Assembly (NCBI RefSeq): GCF_035594765.1
Contig: NW_026943828.1
Location: 4,741,175-4,805,174, forward strand
DNA length: 64,000 nt
Direction: 5' to 3'
Origin: Anolis carolinensis
Taxonomy: Eukaryota
Notes under the pieces: model-generated
The model's input: the letters and a program-made list of their open reading frames with translations, nothing else
Databases searched by the model: none
Told to the model about the DNA's origin: nothing
Shown here: one piece after another, positions 1 through 13,579 of the stretch
How positions within the stretch are numbered: the stretch's first letter is position 1
Layout of the letters: the number at the start of each line of letters is the position of its first letter
Program-made: the position numbers and the translations under genes

Positions 1-1344
1 GGAGGGCCTTCTCACAGCCACTCCAGAGGCACTCACTCACTCCAAGGGGTAAGGAGGCACTCCAACTTTATTTTTATATCCCGCCCCATCTCCCCGAAGG
101 GACTCGGGGCGGCTCACAACAGGGACAAGCCCGAAACAACAACAACAACCTATTTGACATAAATTTAAAACATTCCAACAAAATAAAATAATGGGCAAAT
201 ACATTAAAATCCAAGCAGATAAAATCAGAGTAATTAAAAGCAACCCAGTGGGGACAGGTTCCATACAGTGGTGTGTCATGGAAATGAGTGACAGTGATCA
301 AGTGCCATATGCTTTCAAAACAGAAAGAAGTCTTCTCATGACAGCTCTATTGGGCCTGTTCATTTCAAAGCGCTCTGGAACAACCATGTTTTCAATTCCC
401 AAGATGTTTGGGGAAGATTCACATCATGACTTAGAGAAGTTGTACTTGACCTGCATCCAGAGAGAACGGCTGACCCAACAACCCTGGATCTGGACCACAC
501 TGGCCACGGAAGACGGGACTGGCGGGACCTTCACGGACACTGTGGCCCCACCCACTCCACTTGCCACAAAGAAGCCCCTTGACCCACTGAAGATCCTGCA
601 GGGGTCCCTGGGAATGGGCCTTGGTTCTGGGAGTTGCAGTTCACCTGCAGCCAGAAAGGAGGGAACCCAGGTGAGGCCAGATCTGGACCAGACTTGGCAC
701 ACAGACCCAACATGGCCAGCTGTGCAGGCAGGCCTGGTTTAATAACAACAACAACAATAGATCTCTATTTACATCCCTCTCTTCTCCCTCAGGGGACCCA
801 AAGCGGCTGACAACGTATTAACATTGCTGAAATTTCTAGCTTATAATATTCCTGTCCATAGGAATTTGTACTCATCTGTAAAACAATGTGAAGTGTTTCT
901 CTGTCTATTTATTCTCTATAAATCCTCCACATCCTTGATCACAGAGTTCACAACTTTGTGTGTTATCTAATGGGACTGAAATGAAGCCCATTGGATCTGA
1001 TTCATCATTTTTAGGTACTCCTTGAACAAACACCTCAGGTCTTTGCATTTGGACCCCGAATGCACATTTATTGGCCGGTTTGACAAGGTTTCCCATTTGG
1101 ACTTAGGCTGCTATAGTAAACATCATAGAAATTTGGGACTGACTAGCAATTTGCCTTTTCTCAGAAAAATTGACTGTTTTGAGTCTACAGTATTTTATTT
1201 CAAATGCGTGTGAAATAAATGTTAAGGTTTATAAGTGCTGTCACTCTCAACTTTAATTTCTTTCAAACTGTAAGCAAAATTGTCAGTATCAACCCAAGCC
1301 ACAGAAGCCACGTTTTCTATTTTAATGTATTGGATATTCTATAT

Positions 1345-2038
1345 CAGGGGTCCTCAAACTTTTTAAGCCGAGGGCCGGTCCACAATCCTTCAGACTGTGG
1401 AGGGGCCGGAAAAAAAAATACAAACAAATTCTGATGCACACTGTACATGTCTTATTTGTAGTGCAAAACAACAACAACAAAAGAACAATACAATATTTAA
1501 AAATGAAAACAATAGTAAACAACATAAACCTATCAGGATTTCAATGGGAAATGTGGGCCTGCTTCTGGCCAATGAGATAGTCAAGTTAATTAGGATTGTT
1601 GTTGTTGTGTGACTTCAAGTCATTTCAGACTTTGGGCGAGCCTAAGTCTAAAATAATTTATTTATTCATTTACTACATTATTTATTACATTTATATCCTG
1701 CCCTTCTCACCTTCTCACTCCAGAGCAACTGTATGTACATACAATATATTATATTATTAGCATAGGACAATATTAGCATTATATATTACTATATTGAACT
1801 ATACCACTATACTGTAATATTATATGTAATATATAACATATAATTAATATTATTATATGGTATTATTAGTATTATATTGTATGAAATGATAATATTATTA
1901 TCAATATTATATGTATATACAATATATTATATTATTTAAAATGATATAAAAATATTCTATTATAAATGAGGGCGGGGGCCAGGTAAATGACCTTGGAGGG
2001 CCGCATCCGGCCCCCGGGCCTTAGTTTGGGGACCCCTG
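1345..2038. mobile_element. Non-autonomous hAT DNA transposon (MITE)
   Basis: TIRs CAGGGGTCCTCAAACT...AGTTTGGGGACCCCTG; left flank TTCTATAT, right flank TTCTAT (eroded 8-bp TSD); empty-site copy of the flank at ~2066-2130. Confidence 0.85.
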
Positions 2039-2164
2039 TTCTATCATTTATGGTCAATATCCATATCAACCCAAGCCCTAGAAGCCACGTTTTCTATTTT
2101 AATGTATTGGATATTCTATATCATTTATGGAGGACAATATCCATCTTGGAAAGCTCCAGAGGAC

Positions 2165-2575
2165 TTTCATGCATTGCAGGCACGACTGGTGAGGAGGAGA
2201 GACGGGGCCTTCTCGGTGGCGGCCCCTCAGTGTGGAACTCCTTCCCTGGGAGGATCAGATCGGCCGCTTCCGCCCGTCCTGTCATTTCGCAAACAAGAGA
2301 AACCATGGCTTTGGGATCAAGCATTTGGCCCGTCAGAATGACCTGTGCAATATAGTTGGAACTGGCTTTGGATTGATGGATAGGATTATCTGGCATCAAA
2401 TCTAGGCACAAGAGTCGTCTCATGTTTACATAGGTTGTTTTAAATTGTTGTTTAAAGGCTTTTAATTGTTGTTGTTGTTGTTCAGGCACGGAATAATGCC
2501 ACTCACGTAAGCCACTCTGCGTCCTCTTCGGGGTGAGAAGGGCGGGATATCAATGGAATAATCAAAATAAATAAC
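2165..2575 (+). mobile_element. Decayed L2-like LINE 3' fragment
   Basis: Encodes RDGAFSVAAP-like L2 C-terminal motif, followed by the GAGAAGGGCGGGATAT...AATAAATAA tail type seen elsewhere in the window. Confidence 0.55.
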
Positions 2576-3340
2576 ATGGCGGAAACAACAGAGCAGGTGG
2601 ATCCTAGAAACACAACGGGACAGACAGACAGACAGGCAGGCAGGCGGAGGGAAACCACTGGAGCAGACCTTCCGGCCCGGGAGGCGTCCTGTGGAGACCC
2701 GTCTGGGGAGGAGGGCATCCTGGGAGTTGTAGGCCTCCCTCCCTCCCTCCGCCGAGGACGGGCCTGGCCCACACTCCCGCCGCCAACCGGGCCCCTCCGC
2801 CTCCCCCCCGGGCACCCCGGCGAGCCCCCCTCTCCCCACAGACCTCTCTCTCTCTCCGCCGCCTTCCTTCCCGCCTCACAGACACAGACCAGGCCTCAGG
2901 CCAGGCCAGGCGCCGCCATCTTCCTCCTCGTCTTCCTCCTTCCCCGGAGCCCGCCCCCGCCCCTCCCATTGGCTGAGCCCGGGACGCCCCGCCCACCGGA
3001 GGAACCCCATTGGCTACGTCCTGCTCCCCGGCCTTGATTGACGGGCGGCGAGGAAGGGCTTCCGTGGTCCGAGCGAGGCCTGTGAGGCCAGGCCGGGAGG
3101 GAGGAGGCCCCGCTGGGCAGGCCTGGCCGAGGAGAGGCCGCGGAGGGAGGGAGGCCGGAGGGGAGGGGAGGGGGCGGGGCCGGGAAACCTCCCTCCCGGG
3201 AGCCGTCGTTCGCCCTCCCTCCCGCCCTTGAGCCCCGCCCGGGAGGCTCCTCAGCCAAGGCGCCCAAGGGGAGAAGCTCCGTCTGAGGGAGATTCTGGGG
3301 TGGACCTGGCAGGAGGGGAGGGAGGGAGGGAGGGGGAGGT
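2576..3340 (-). promoter_or_regulatory. GC-rich promoter cassette copy 1 (gene probably left of the window)
   Basis: CpG-rich; two CCAAT boxes, GC boxes, YY1 motif AAGATGGCGGC (2922-2912), ZNF143-type CTACAACTCCCAGG (~2719-2733); paralogous to copies at 6.9, 45.6 and 49.6 kb. Confidence 0.7.
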
Positions 3341-3960
3341 CGCCCACAACCTCAGGCCTTGCGGACCATGGAAACACTGGCTTTGTCAAAGCACCTGAGC
3401 AACGCCGGGTTATTATTATTATTCTTGTGCTACAATACATCTATATATATAGAAGAGTGATGGCATCACGACGACTCACAAAACAACAAAAGTACAGGCC
3501 CCCCAACCTCGAAATTTGACAACACAACCCATCATCCATGCCTCAAGGTTGATACAACAAAAAGAAAAGAAAAATAAAGTCCTAATTAGAGGGAGAGCAA
3601 TAATTTTTTTTTTATCCAATTGCTGCCAGTTTAGGGGGCTAATCTCTGCCCACTTGGTCTCCTAGCAACCAATTCAGCTAAGGGACAGCCAGGTTTCAGT
3701 TAGGAGACAGGTAGATTTAGGCCTCACTGAGTCTTCTTCCACAGATTATCTAATTTGCACTGGATTATATGGCAGTGTAGACTCAAGGCCCTTCCACACA
3801 GCTATAGAACCCAGTTATAATCTTATATCATCTGCTTTGCACTGGATTATCTTGACTCCACACTGCCATATAATCCACTTCAGTGTGCATTTTATACAGC
3901 TGTGAAGAAGGGGCCTCAGATAATCCAGTTCTGAGCAGATAATATAAGATTAGAAATATA

Positions 3961-4619
3961 CAGTAGAGTCTCACTTATCCAACGTAAACAGGCCGGCAGG
4001 ATAAGTGAATATGTTGGATAATAAGAAGGGATTCAGGAAAAGCCAATTAAACATCAGATTAGGTAATCGTTATACAAATTAAGCACCAAAACATCATATT
4101 ATACAACAAATTTGACAGAAAAAGTAGTTCCATGCGCAGTAATGCTATGTAGTATTTACAGTAGAGTCTCACTTATCCAACACTCGCTTATCCAACGTTC
4201 TGGATTATCCAACACATTTTTGTAGTCAATGCTTTCCATATATCGTGATATTTTGGTGCTAAATTCATAAATACAGTAATTACTATATAGCATTACTGTG
4301 TACTGAACTACTTTTTCTGACAAATTTGTTGTCTAACATGATGTTTTGGTGCTTAATTTGTAAAATCATAACTTTATTTGATGTTTAATAGGGTTATCCT
4401 TAATTCCTCATTATCCAACATATTCGCTTATCCAACGTTCTGCTGGCCCGTTTATGTTGGATAAGTGAGACTCTACTGTACTGTATTTACAAATTTACCA
4501 CTAAAATATCACAATGAATTTAAAACACTGACTACAAAAGCATTGATTATGAAAAGGCAGACTGCGTTGGATAATCCAGAACATTGTATAAGCGAATGTT
4601 GGGTAAGTGAGATTCTACT
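3961..4619. mobile_element. Nested Tc1/mariner-type MITEs (inner copy 4159-4478)
   Basis: TIR CAGTAGAGTCTCACTTATCCAA flanked by TA; inner copy inserted inverted in an outer copy of the same family. Confidence 0.75.
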
Positions 4620-4699
4620 TTAATATGAAATAATTACTGGGATAGAATAATGCAGAACAATATAATCTCTAAAACCAGGACAGTAAATAAACAGGGGAA

Positions 4700-5185
4700 T
4701 TCCACACAGGAAACAATCGGGGCCAGCTAACACCTCCCAACAAAGTATTCCCATCATCAAAGTCTGGCAAATCCTGTTTTCTCAGGGCCACAGACAGTAG
4801 AAGCACATAAAATATCGCAAACAACATCACTCTGAAAACAAGGGAATTCCAGACAGGAAACAATCAGGGCCAGCTAACACCTCCCAACAAAGTATTCCCA
4901 TCATCAAAGTCTGGCAAATCCTGTTTTCTCAGGGCCACAGACAGTAAAAGCACATAAAATATCGCAAACAACATCACTCTGAAAACAAGGGTATTCCAGA
5001 CAGGAAACAACCAGGGCCAGCTAACACCTCCCAACAAAGTATTCCCATCATCAAAGTCTGGCAAATCCTGTTTTCTCAGGGCCACAGACAGTAAAAGCAC
5101 ATAAAATATCGCAAACAACACCACTCTGAAAACAAGGGAATTCCAGACAGGAAACAATCAGGGCCAGCTAACACCTCCCAACAAA
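4700..5185. repeat. ~148-bp tandem repeat (about 3 units) inside the Helitron
   Basis: GGAAACAATCAGGGCCAGCTAACACCTCCCAACAAAG recurs about every 148 bp; same repeat at 46600-46865. Confidence 0.85.
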
Positions 5186-5339
5186 AAATTCACTCAGGGA
5201 GGAAACAGCCAGGCTTTAAAGCTGCAAGGCCATTACATCCTAATCATTTTTCCTAATTGTAGCATTCATACTTGCCTCCAACAAACAAAAAAAACCAATC
5301 AGAAATATTGTATATTCACAACCTTTAGGAAATAATATC

Positions 5340-5660
5340 CCCTGATGGCGCAGCGTGTTAAAGCGCTGAGCTGCTGAACTTCTGGACCGAAAGACCACAG
5401 GTTTGAATTGGGGGAGCGGAGAGAGCCCCCACTGTTAGCCCCAGCTTCTGCCAACCCAGAAGTTCAAAAACATGCAAATGTGAGTGCATCAATAGGTACT
5501 GCTCCGGCGGGAAGGTAACGCCGTTCCATGTAGTCATCCCACATGACCTTGGAGGAGTCTACGGACAACGCCGGCTCTTCGGCTTAGAAATGGAGATGAG
5601 CACCAACCTCCAGAGTCAGACACGACTGGACTTAACGTCAGGGGGAAACCTTGACCCTTG
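5340..5660 (+). mobile_element. Sauria-SINE-like fragment carried within the Helitron
   Basis: tRNA-like head (TGGCGCAGCGTG...GGTTTGAATT) and body GGACAACGCCGGCTCTTCGGCTTAGAAATGGAGATGAGC; same piece at ~47020-47340. Confidence 0.65.
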
Positions 5661-6219
5661 ACCTTAACTACCACCAATTCCTCAAGACTTTATTTCCCAG
5701 ACCACCAGACTTCGCCACAGCAACGCGTGGCCGGGCACAGCTAGTCTAATATAAAATATATTACATTGTAAAACAATCATGTAAGGCCGCAGAAGGGAAG
5801 GCGAGTCCCAGGTCCATCCTTGGTGGGGCTCAGAGTTCAGTTCTTAGAGGGCAGGGAACTACACATCCCGGTCCCTACCACTCCTAGAAATCAGGGTCAA
5901 TCCTCCCCAGACCCCTCTCTCCAGTCTGTTCAGTGGTGGACCAGTTCCTCTGCTTGCTGTGTGCCATAGAAAAGGATAGGACATAGCAGGGAATTGGCAT
6001 GCCCCTGCCCACTTCCTCTCCCTCAACCCTTTCCTATTATTTCCTATGGCACACAGCAACTGAACTCCCAAGAGAGAGAGGGAGACTCGAAGGGACCGAC
6101 CGGGATGTGTAGTTCCTCTGCAGCCTAAGAGCCGCCCTCTGAACCCCTCCAACGATGGGCCTGGGACTCGCTTGGCACGCAGGCCCAACCCCAAAGGCCA
6201 CCTTGGCATCCCGGCCGGG

Positions 6220-6580
6220 CTGTGGCGCAGCCCATTAGCTGCAATAAATCACGACTGACCGAGAGGTCGTGGGATCGAAGGCCGGGTCAGATCGAGTTCC
6301 TGACCGTTAAGAGCCTGGCTCTCTGCCCACCTAAGCAGTTCGGAAAATAGTTGCATCTGTTCAGTTGAAAACGCTAGGTACCGCTTTATGCGGGGAGGCT
6401 AATTTAGCTATGTGTTGTCGAAGGCTTTCATGGCTGGGATACTTCTGGAACATGACCACACAGCCCGAAAGACATATAACAACCCTCTAATTTAACTAAT
6501 TTGTGACATCATAAGACTGTCAGCAGCGTGCGGAAAGGAATGAGGAAGTCCTCCATCAAGGACTCGGTGTCAGAAGTGGA
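6220..6580 (+). mobile_element. Decayed tRNA-derived SINE with a short Penelope-derived insert (~6411-6487)
   Basis: A/B-box-like head; the insert matches both ends of the 50358-51290 element. Confidence 0.45.
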
Positions 6581-6815
6581 GGGCACCAGGGAGTTATAGT
6601 TCACCTGTACTGAGAGAACACTGGACCCATCTGGTGACGGGCCTGGACCAGACTGGGCAGACAGGCAGGCCCCACTGGGGTCCCTGTCGGGGTCTGGGGG
6701 AGACTGGCCCTGGGGACCCGGGGGTGGTCGTTCCCCTTCCCAGCCGAGGACGGGCCTGGCCCTCCCCTCCCCCTCCTCCTCGGGACCCCCGGTGGCGAGG
6801 GATGGTGTCTGGGGG

Positions 6816-6858
<43 letters not shown>

Positions 6859-6939
6859 CCCACTCCGGGCTTCTCCTCCGCCTTCCCTCCGAGGCCTCCT
6901 TCCTTCCTTCCTTCCTCCTCGCTCTCGTCCGTCAATCAA

Positions 6940-7479
6940 AGGAGGGTTGAGTGGGACGCAGCCAATGGGCGGCCTCCGGTGGGCGGAGCGTCACGGGTTC
7001 AGCCAATGGGAGGGGGCGAGGGCGGGCTCCGGGGGAGGAGGACGAAGAGGGGGAAGATGGCGGCGCCTGGCCTGGCCTGAGGCCTGGTCTGTGTCTGTGA
7101 GGCGGGAAGGAAGAGGACGGAGAGGCCGAGAGAGAGAGAGGGGTCTGTGGGGAGAGGGAGGGAGGGGGGCTCGCCTGGGGTGCCCGGGGGGGAGGCGGAG
7201 GGGCCCGGTTGGCGGCGGGAGTGTGGGCCAGGCCCGTCCTTGGCGGGCGGGCGGAGGGAGGGAGGGAGGCCTACAACTCCCAGGACGCCCTCCTCCCAAG
7301 ACGGGTCTCCACAGGACGCCTCACGGGCCGGAAGGTCTGCTCCAGTTGTGTCCCTCCGTCTGCCTGTCTGTCTGTCCCGTTGTGTCTCTAGGATCCACCA
7401 GCTCTGTTGTTTCCCTCATGTTCCTACCTTATCAGCCGCTTTGGGTCCCGAGAGGGAGAAGAGAAGGAAATAAATAGAG

Positions 7480-7480
<1 letters not shown>
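6940..7480 (+). promoter_or_regulatory. GC-rich promoter cassette copy 2 (likely promoter/first exon of the ZNF at 11.2-12.4 kb)
   Basis: CCAAT at 6962 and 7003, GGGCGG boxes, YY1 AAGATGGCGGC 7054-7064, CTACAACTCCCAGG at ~7271; oriented toward the + strand ZF exon. Confidence 0.7.
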
Positions 7481-7515
<35 letters not shown>

Positions 7516-7570
7516 TATTATTATTACTATTATTATTATTATTACTATTATTATTATTACTATTACTATT
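7481..7570. repeat. (TTA)n/(CTA) microsatellite
   Basis: Direct reading. Confidence 0.95.
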
Positions 7571-8549
7571 TAACTAGACCTGCCTGCACAGCTGCCCATG
7601 TTGGGCCTGTCTACCAAGTCTGGTCCAGGCCTGACCTCATCCGGGTCCCCTCCTTTCTGGCTGCAGGTGAACTGCAACTCCCAAAACCAAGGCCCCTTCC
7701 CATTGACCCCTGCAGTATCTTCAGTTGGTCAAGGGGCTCCTCTGTGCCAAGTCTTGTATAGCATTATGTTATTTAACCGTTGTAATGTTTTATTTATTGT
7801 ATTACGGTGTATTGGCATTAATTGCCAGTTTTGTAAGCTGCCCTGAGTCCAACGGGTGAGAAGCGCAGGGTAGAAATAATGTAAACGAATAAGTCCAGTC
7901 CCAGTCCATTGCCAGAGGGGGTCACAGAGTCAGTGAAGGTACTGCAAGTCCCGTCATGCGTGGCCAGTGTGGTCCAGATGTATTTTTGGTTGGGTTCACA
8001 GTACTGTCTGGATGTCGGTCAAGTACAACTCTTGTCAAGCATGGAGTGAATTCTCCCCAAACTTCTCTAGTATGTTCTGTTGCTGATCAAGTCCTCTGTG
8101 AACTTTGTGCCACAGGAAAGGGTAGGAAAGGGTCAAGGGAGAGGCGGTGGGTGGGGTCATGCAAATCAAGGAAGCCTGGGGTGTCCATTCTGGAGGAGAA
8201 ACAACATCTAGGAGGAAATAGTCCCCGCATGAAATCCTTGCTTCCCTTGGGTGGGGGGCAGGATGGTGTCTGTGGGGGACACGGGCAGGGTCTGGGCTGC
8301 ATGTCCGTGGCACTCGCTGTAACCTGCGTGTCAGTAGAGGGAGGGCCATGGGTGTCTCCTGTGCCAAGTCCGGTCCCAGTCCATTCTCTTTGAGGGTTAT
8401 AGTTTCTCTGGATGTGGGTCCTAGCCCATTATCTGGTGGGGGTCACAGTGTCAGTGAAAGTACTGCAAGTCCCATCATCCGCGGCACGTTTGGTCCAGAC
8501 CCATCGTAAGTTGGGTTGACAGTGCTCTCTGGATGATGGTCAAGTACAA

Positions 8550-8648
8550 GGTCAGGAGCTCAATCCGACGTGGGCTTCGAACCCTTGGCCTTTCTTTCGG
8601 CCAGCAGTGATCTCTTGTGTCTGGCTCTTAACCATCTGCGCCACCGCC
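8550..8648 (-). mobile_element. tRNA-derived SINE head
   Basis: Minus strand has A box TGGCGCAGATGG and B box GGTTCGAAGCC; no clean cloverleaf. Confidence 0.55.
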
Positions 8649-10276
8649 CGGTCCCTCCTCCCTCCTCCCCAGACCCCCCTTGGGTGTCCTCTGGGCATCA
8701 TGCCGGGAGGAGGGCGAGGCAGGCTGCAGCCGAGGGTGCTCAGAGGGCTCTCAGCCGCCTTCCTCGTGCCTCCCTCGAGCCACCCTCCCGGTATACAGAT
8801 GGGGAGGAGGGTGAGACACGCAGTGGCCGGGAGCGTGCCAGAAGGTTTTCTCTCTGCTGCCACGTGCCTCCCTCCCCATATTCTTGGCCTAATGCCAAGA
8901 GTATAGGAAGCATGAGGAGGAGGGCCAGAGGGAAGCGCCCAGGGGGTCACATCCACACACACACACACATACCCCCGCCTTACTTTGTCCATACCTGCCT
9001 TAGGGGGAGAAAAACATTCTATACATGTAGTAAATAAATAAATATACTCTGCATTTTGCACAAGCCCTTCTCCTACCTTCTCGAATCTGATCGTGCCCAC
9101 TTTTTCCACTTACTGGTCGGTTGATGTCGGTTTATTATATAGTTTTATGGTGTTTTTACTTTTTCTCGTTTCAGTTATTTTGATTATATTGTTTACTTGC
9201 TATACGTTTTTTTAATTGTGTTTTACCTTGGAATCCTTGTTTATGCTGGGCTTGGTCCCCATGAAAGCCGCCACGAGTCTCTTCAGGGAGAGAGATGATG
9301 ATGGGATATAAGAATGAAATTATTATTATGTATACACAATATATAGGTGTCAAGTGCAAATGCAGTTGTAAAGTGTAGAGGGTGCATGAGCAGCATAGGT
9401 ATAGGGGTCTGAGCTAACTAAAGTGCAAGGCAGGCAGCGGGGATTATGATCGCGAACTAATTCAGTATGGTGCAATATGGTTTTATAATGTGCCAAGGCA
9501 CATGATAAACTTAGTAAATTTCTCATGCTCAGTAAGACATTTGTGAGGCATCTTCCAGGACAGGACTGGACAGAGTGGATGCCGTTCTTCCCCAGGTTGG
9601 GCTTTAATGGCTTAGATTACTACGGACATGTTCCTACAACCTTGTACACATAACCCGTGTTTCTCTCAATCGCCTTCACCTGCTGAAAACCCTTTCTCCA
9701 CAACAGAGGGTAGGAAATAGAGGCGGAAATGGACAGGGTTGGAAAGGGCTGGGCAGGAAGGAGAGTTTCCCGACTGAGCTGTGCCTGTGAATTTGCATGC
9801 CGTCCTGTGGCTCAACCAAGGGAGTGAACAGCCCAACGGGGACTTAGTCCAGGCGAGACCAGCATGCCTAAATGGGGTGTTGAATTTGCCAGGCAGGAAG
9901 GCAACGTCTTTGGCCTGAAAGGGAATCTAGACGTTCATGAAATCATCAATAAAGGGATCATTGTGCCTCTTAATATTTAACTTATGCTGGTAATTCACGG
10001 AAACCCATTATTCAGAGTGAATGACGCCCCGTCTATGGTCTGTCTAACTGTCTGCCTTGTGCTTCTTTAGCCGTGTTTAGGTCAAGCCAACAAAATCAAT
10101 GTGGCTCTTTAGTATTGTACGAAGGTCCCTTTTTCTTCCGTCCGTCCCTCTTTCCTTCCATCAATCACTCATTATTTTCATCCTCCCTCCCTACTTTCCT
10201 TCTTTCCTTCTGAATCCATCCCTTATAGTTCATAAATTTGTGATCACCTTTGGTTGTTTCTGTGTGTCCTTGAGAC

Positions 10277-11061
10277 AAAATGAAGTTCAACAGGGACAAA
10301 TGCAAGGTACTTCACTTCGGCAGAAAAAATGGAATGCAAAGATACAGAATGGGGGACGCCTGGCTCAACAGCAGTACGTGTGAAAAAGATCTTGGAGTCT
10401 TCGTGGACAACAAGTTAAACATGAGCCAGCAATGTGATGTGGCAGCTAAAAAAGCCAACAGGATTCTGGCCTGCATAAATAGGGGAATAGCGTCTAGATC
10501 CAGGGAAGTCATGCTACCCTCTATTCTGCCTTGGTCAGACCACACCTGGAATACTGTGTCCAATTCTGGGCACCGCAATTGAAGGGAGATGTTGACAAGC
10601 TGGAAAGTGTCCAGAGGAGGGTGACTAAAATGATCAAGGGTCTGGAAAACAAGCCCTATGAGGGGCGGCTTAAAGAACTGGGCATGTTTAGCCTGCAGAA
10701 GAGAAGGTTGAGAGGAGACATGATAGCCATGTACAAATACGTGAAGGGAAGTCATAGGGAGGAGGGAGCACGCTTGTTTTCTGCTGCCCTGCAGACTAGG
10801 ACACAATGGAACAATGGCTTCAAACTACAGGAAAGGAGATTCCACCCGAACATCAGGAAGAACTTCCTCACAGTGAGAAGGGCTGTTCGGCAGTGGAACT
10901 CTCTCCCCCAGACTGTGGTGGAGGCTCCTCCTTTGGAGGCCTTTAAACAGAGGCTGGATGGGGTTGGGGGTGCTTTGAATGCGATTTCCTGCTTCTTGGC
11001 AGGGGGTTGGACTGGATGGCCCGTGAGGTCTCTTCCAACTCTACTATTCTATGATTCTATG
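10277..11061 (+). mobile_element. 5'-truncated CR1 LINE
   Basis: [12 protein letters not shown]...EKDLGV...[16 protein letters not shown]2 C-terminus; ATTCTATG tail. Confidence 0.95.
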
Positions 11062-11340
11062 ACCCTTCATATCTCCATTTCTAGGTAGTTCAATTTTCAA
11101 CATGAGCCATGAAAGGAAAAGAGGATAGTCTTGGAAATAAAGGAAGTTTGCAGCTTCATGTTTAACCTTTTGCTTCTTCTTTCTTGATCAGGGAAACAAA
11201 GACCCTATGAAGGCATAAAAATAAAACATCAGTATCTAGTGGAGACTGAGGAATTTGGAAATCAAAGGGCAATAATGAAAGAAATCCTGTGGGAAGAAGA
11301 AATCCTCTCTAGGTGCCAATCTTGTGGAACTCAATTTTGA

Positions 11341-12414
<1,074 letters not shown>

Positions 12415-12599
12415 AAATGCCTGGAATGTGGACAGAGATTTTCACGGAATGACATTAGACATAAACATCATGGAATTCACCCTGGAGAGAATGGTGTTAA
12501 TTGACCCCAGGGTGTCATTCAAACATGTACAAAAGCAACGCTTGCAAATTTTGGAAATGCGAGCTCAAAGTTGGGACTTTTCTTGCACTGGCAAGAGTA

Positions 12600-12875
12600 T
12601 GGAAAGGAAAGAGAACTCCAACAATAGAAGAATGGATTTTATAAGTCCTTGACATTATACAAATGGACAATCTAACGCAAAATATAAGAGATGGGAAAAA
12701 TAAAACGGACTGGACAAACTTTACAGAATTTATGAGAAAAAGAAAACTGGACATTGATATAGATCTGTCTTACATATAAAGAACATACTAACAAAGGAGG
12801 ATTGAAATAAACAAACAGGAAAAATCAGGAAAGTGAAAGAACATTCTCCAAAGCACAGATGGGAAGTCAACTCAC
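12600..12875 (+). mobile_element. Decayed L1-like 3' fragment
   Basis: A-rich, ARVWK...PTIEEW-like L1 ORF2 C-terminal remnant; by eye only. Confidence 0.4.
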
Positions 12876-12907
<32 letters not shown>

Positions 12908-13579
12908 TGTATGTGTATATATATGTATGTATATATATACACACATATATATATAGTCATTTTCCTTTTTTTCTTTTGTTTTTTTAAAAATATTTTTATA
13001 TTCTATATGTGTGTGTGTGGGTGGGTATATATATACACACACACACACCTTTTTTCTTCCCTTTTCTTTGTCCTCTGTAAGCTATTCACTCTACCTTTCT
13101 ATCTACCTATACGATGTTCTCCCACTTTTGATGTAATATACCACATAAATCAAATAAAAATATACACACAACAAAGTTGGGACATTTCATCACATGTGGT
13201 GTATTGTAGAAAGATTGAACTAAAATACATTCCATTCTGGAACGTAATTGAGGTTAAATGAAACTAGAGTTTTATATGTTGAGAATGTTGGATGATCAAT
13301 TAGAATGAAAACATGGATAGTGACTGCAAGATACTAAAGTGAGAATTGACTATACACAGGGATGGAAGGAATGTTTTATTCCAACGCAAAAAGAATGGCT
13401 TATGAGGACCTGCAAATTAGCCAAAGTGAACAAACTGACAACAACATGGGCAAATGTCAGTTGTAATATTATTTGGAAGAGTGTTATCAGAAATAGAAGT
13501 GTGGTTATGTTATATTATCTAAAGGGAGTAGAATAATGAGAGATAAAAATTAACAGATCGAAAGAGGCCTGTTGCGAAA

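Larger units (their letters stand above)
3440..5744 (+). mobile_element. Non-autonomous Helitron (family A, long form with captured MITE/SINE pieces)
   Basis: A|TC 5' end, GCCAC-agcaacgc-GTGGC hairpin then CTAG|T 3' end, no TSD. Confidence 0.85.

Noticed and set aside
191-742. 183-aa ORF
   Set aside because: Runs through Helitron-B-like repeat modules; no recognisable domain
2462-3440. Pro/Gly/Arg-rich ORFs here and at 6.6-7.5, 45.5-46.1 and 49.5-50.5 kb
   Set aside because: Stop-poor GC-rich promoter DNA; frames are not conserved between paralogous cassettes
8550-8648. Possible tRNA gene (also 46243-46330)
   Set aside because: A/B boxes only, no cloverleaf; continues into SINE body
9350-10010. 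Possible ERV env/LTR remnant
   Set aside because: No ORF or verifiable termini; cannot be supported without a search
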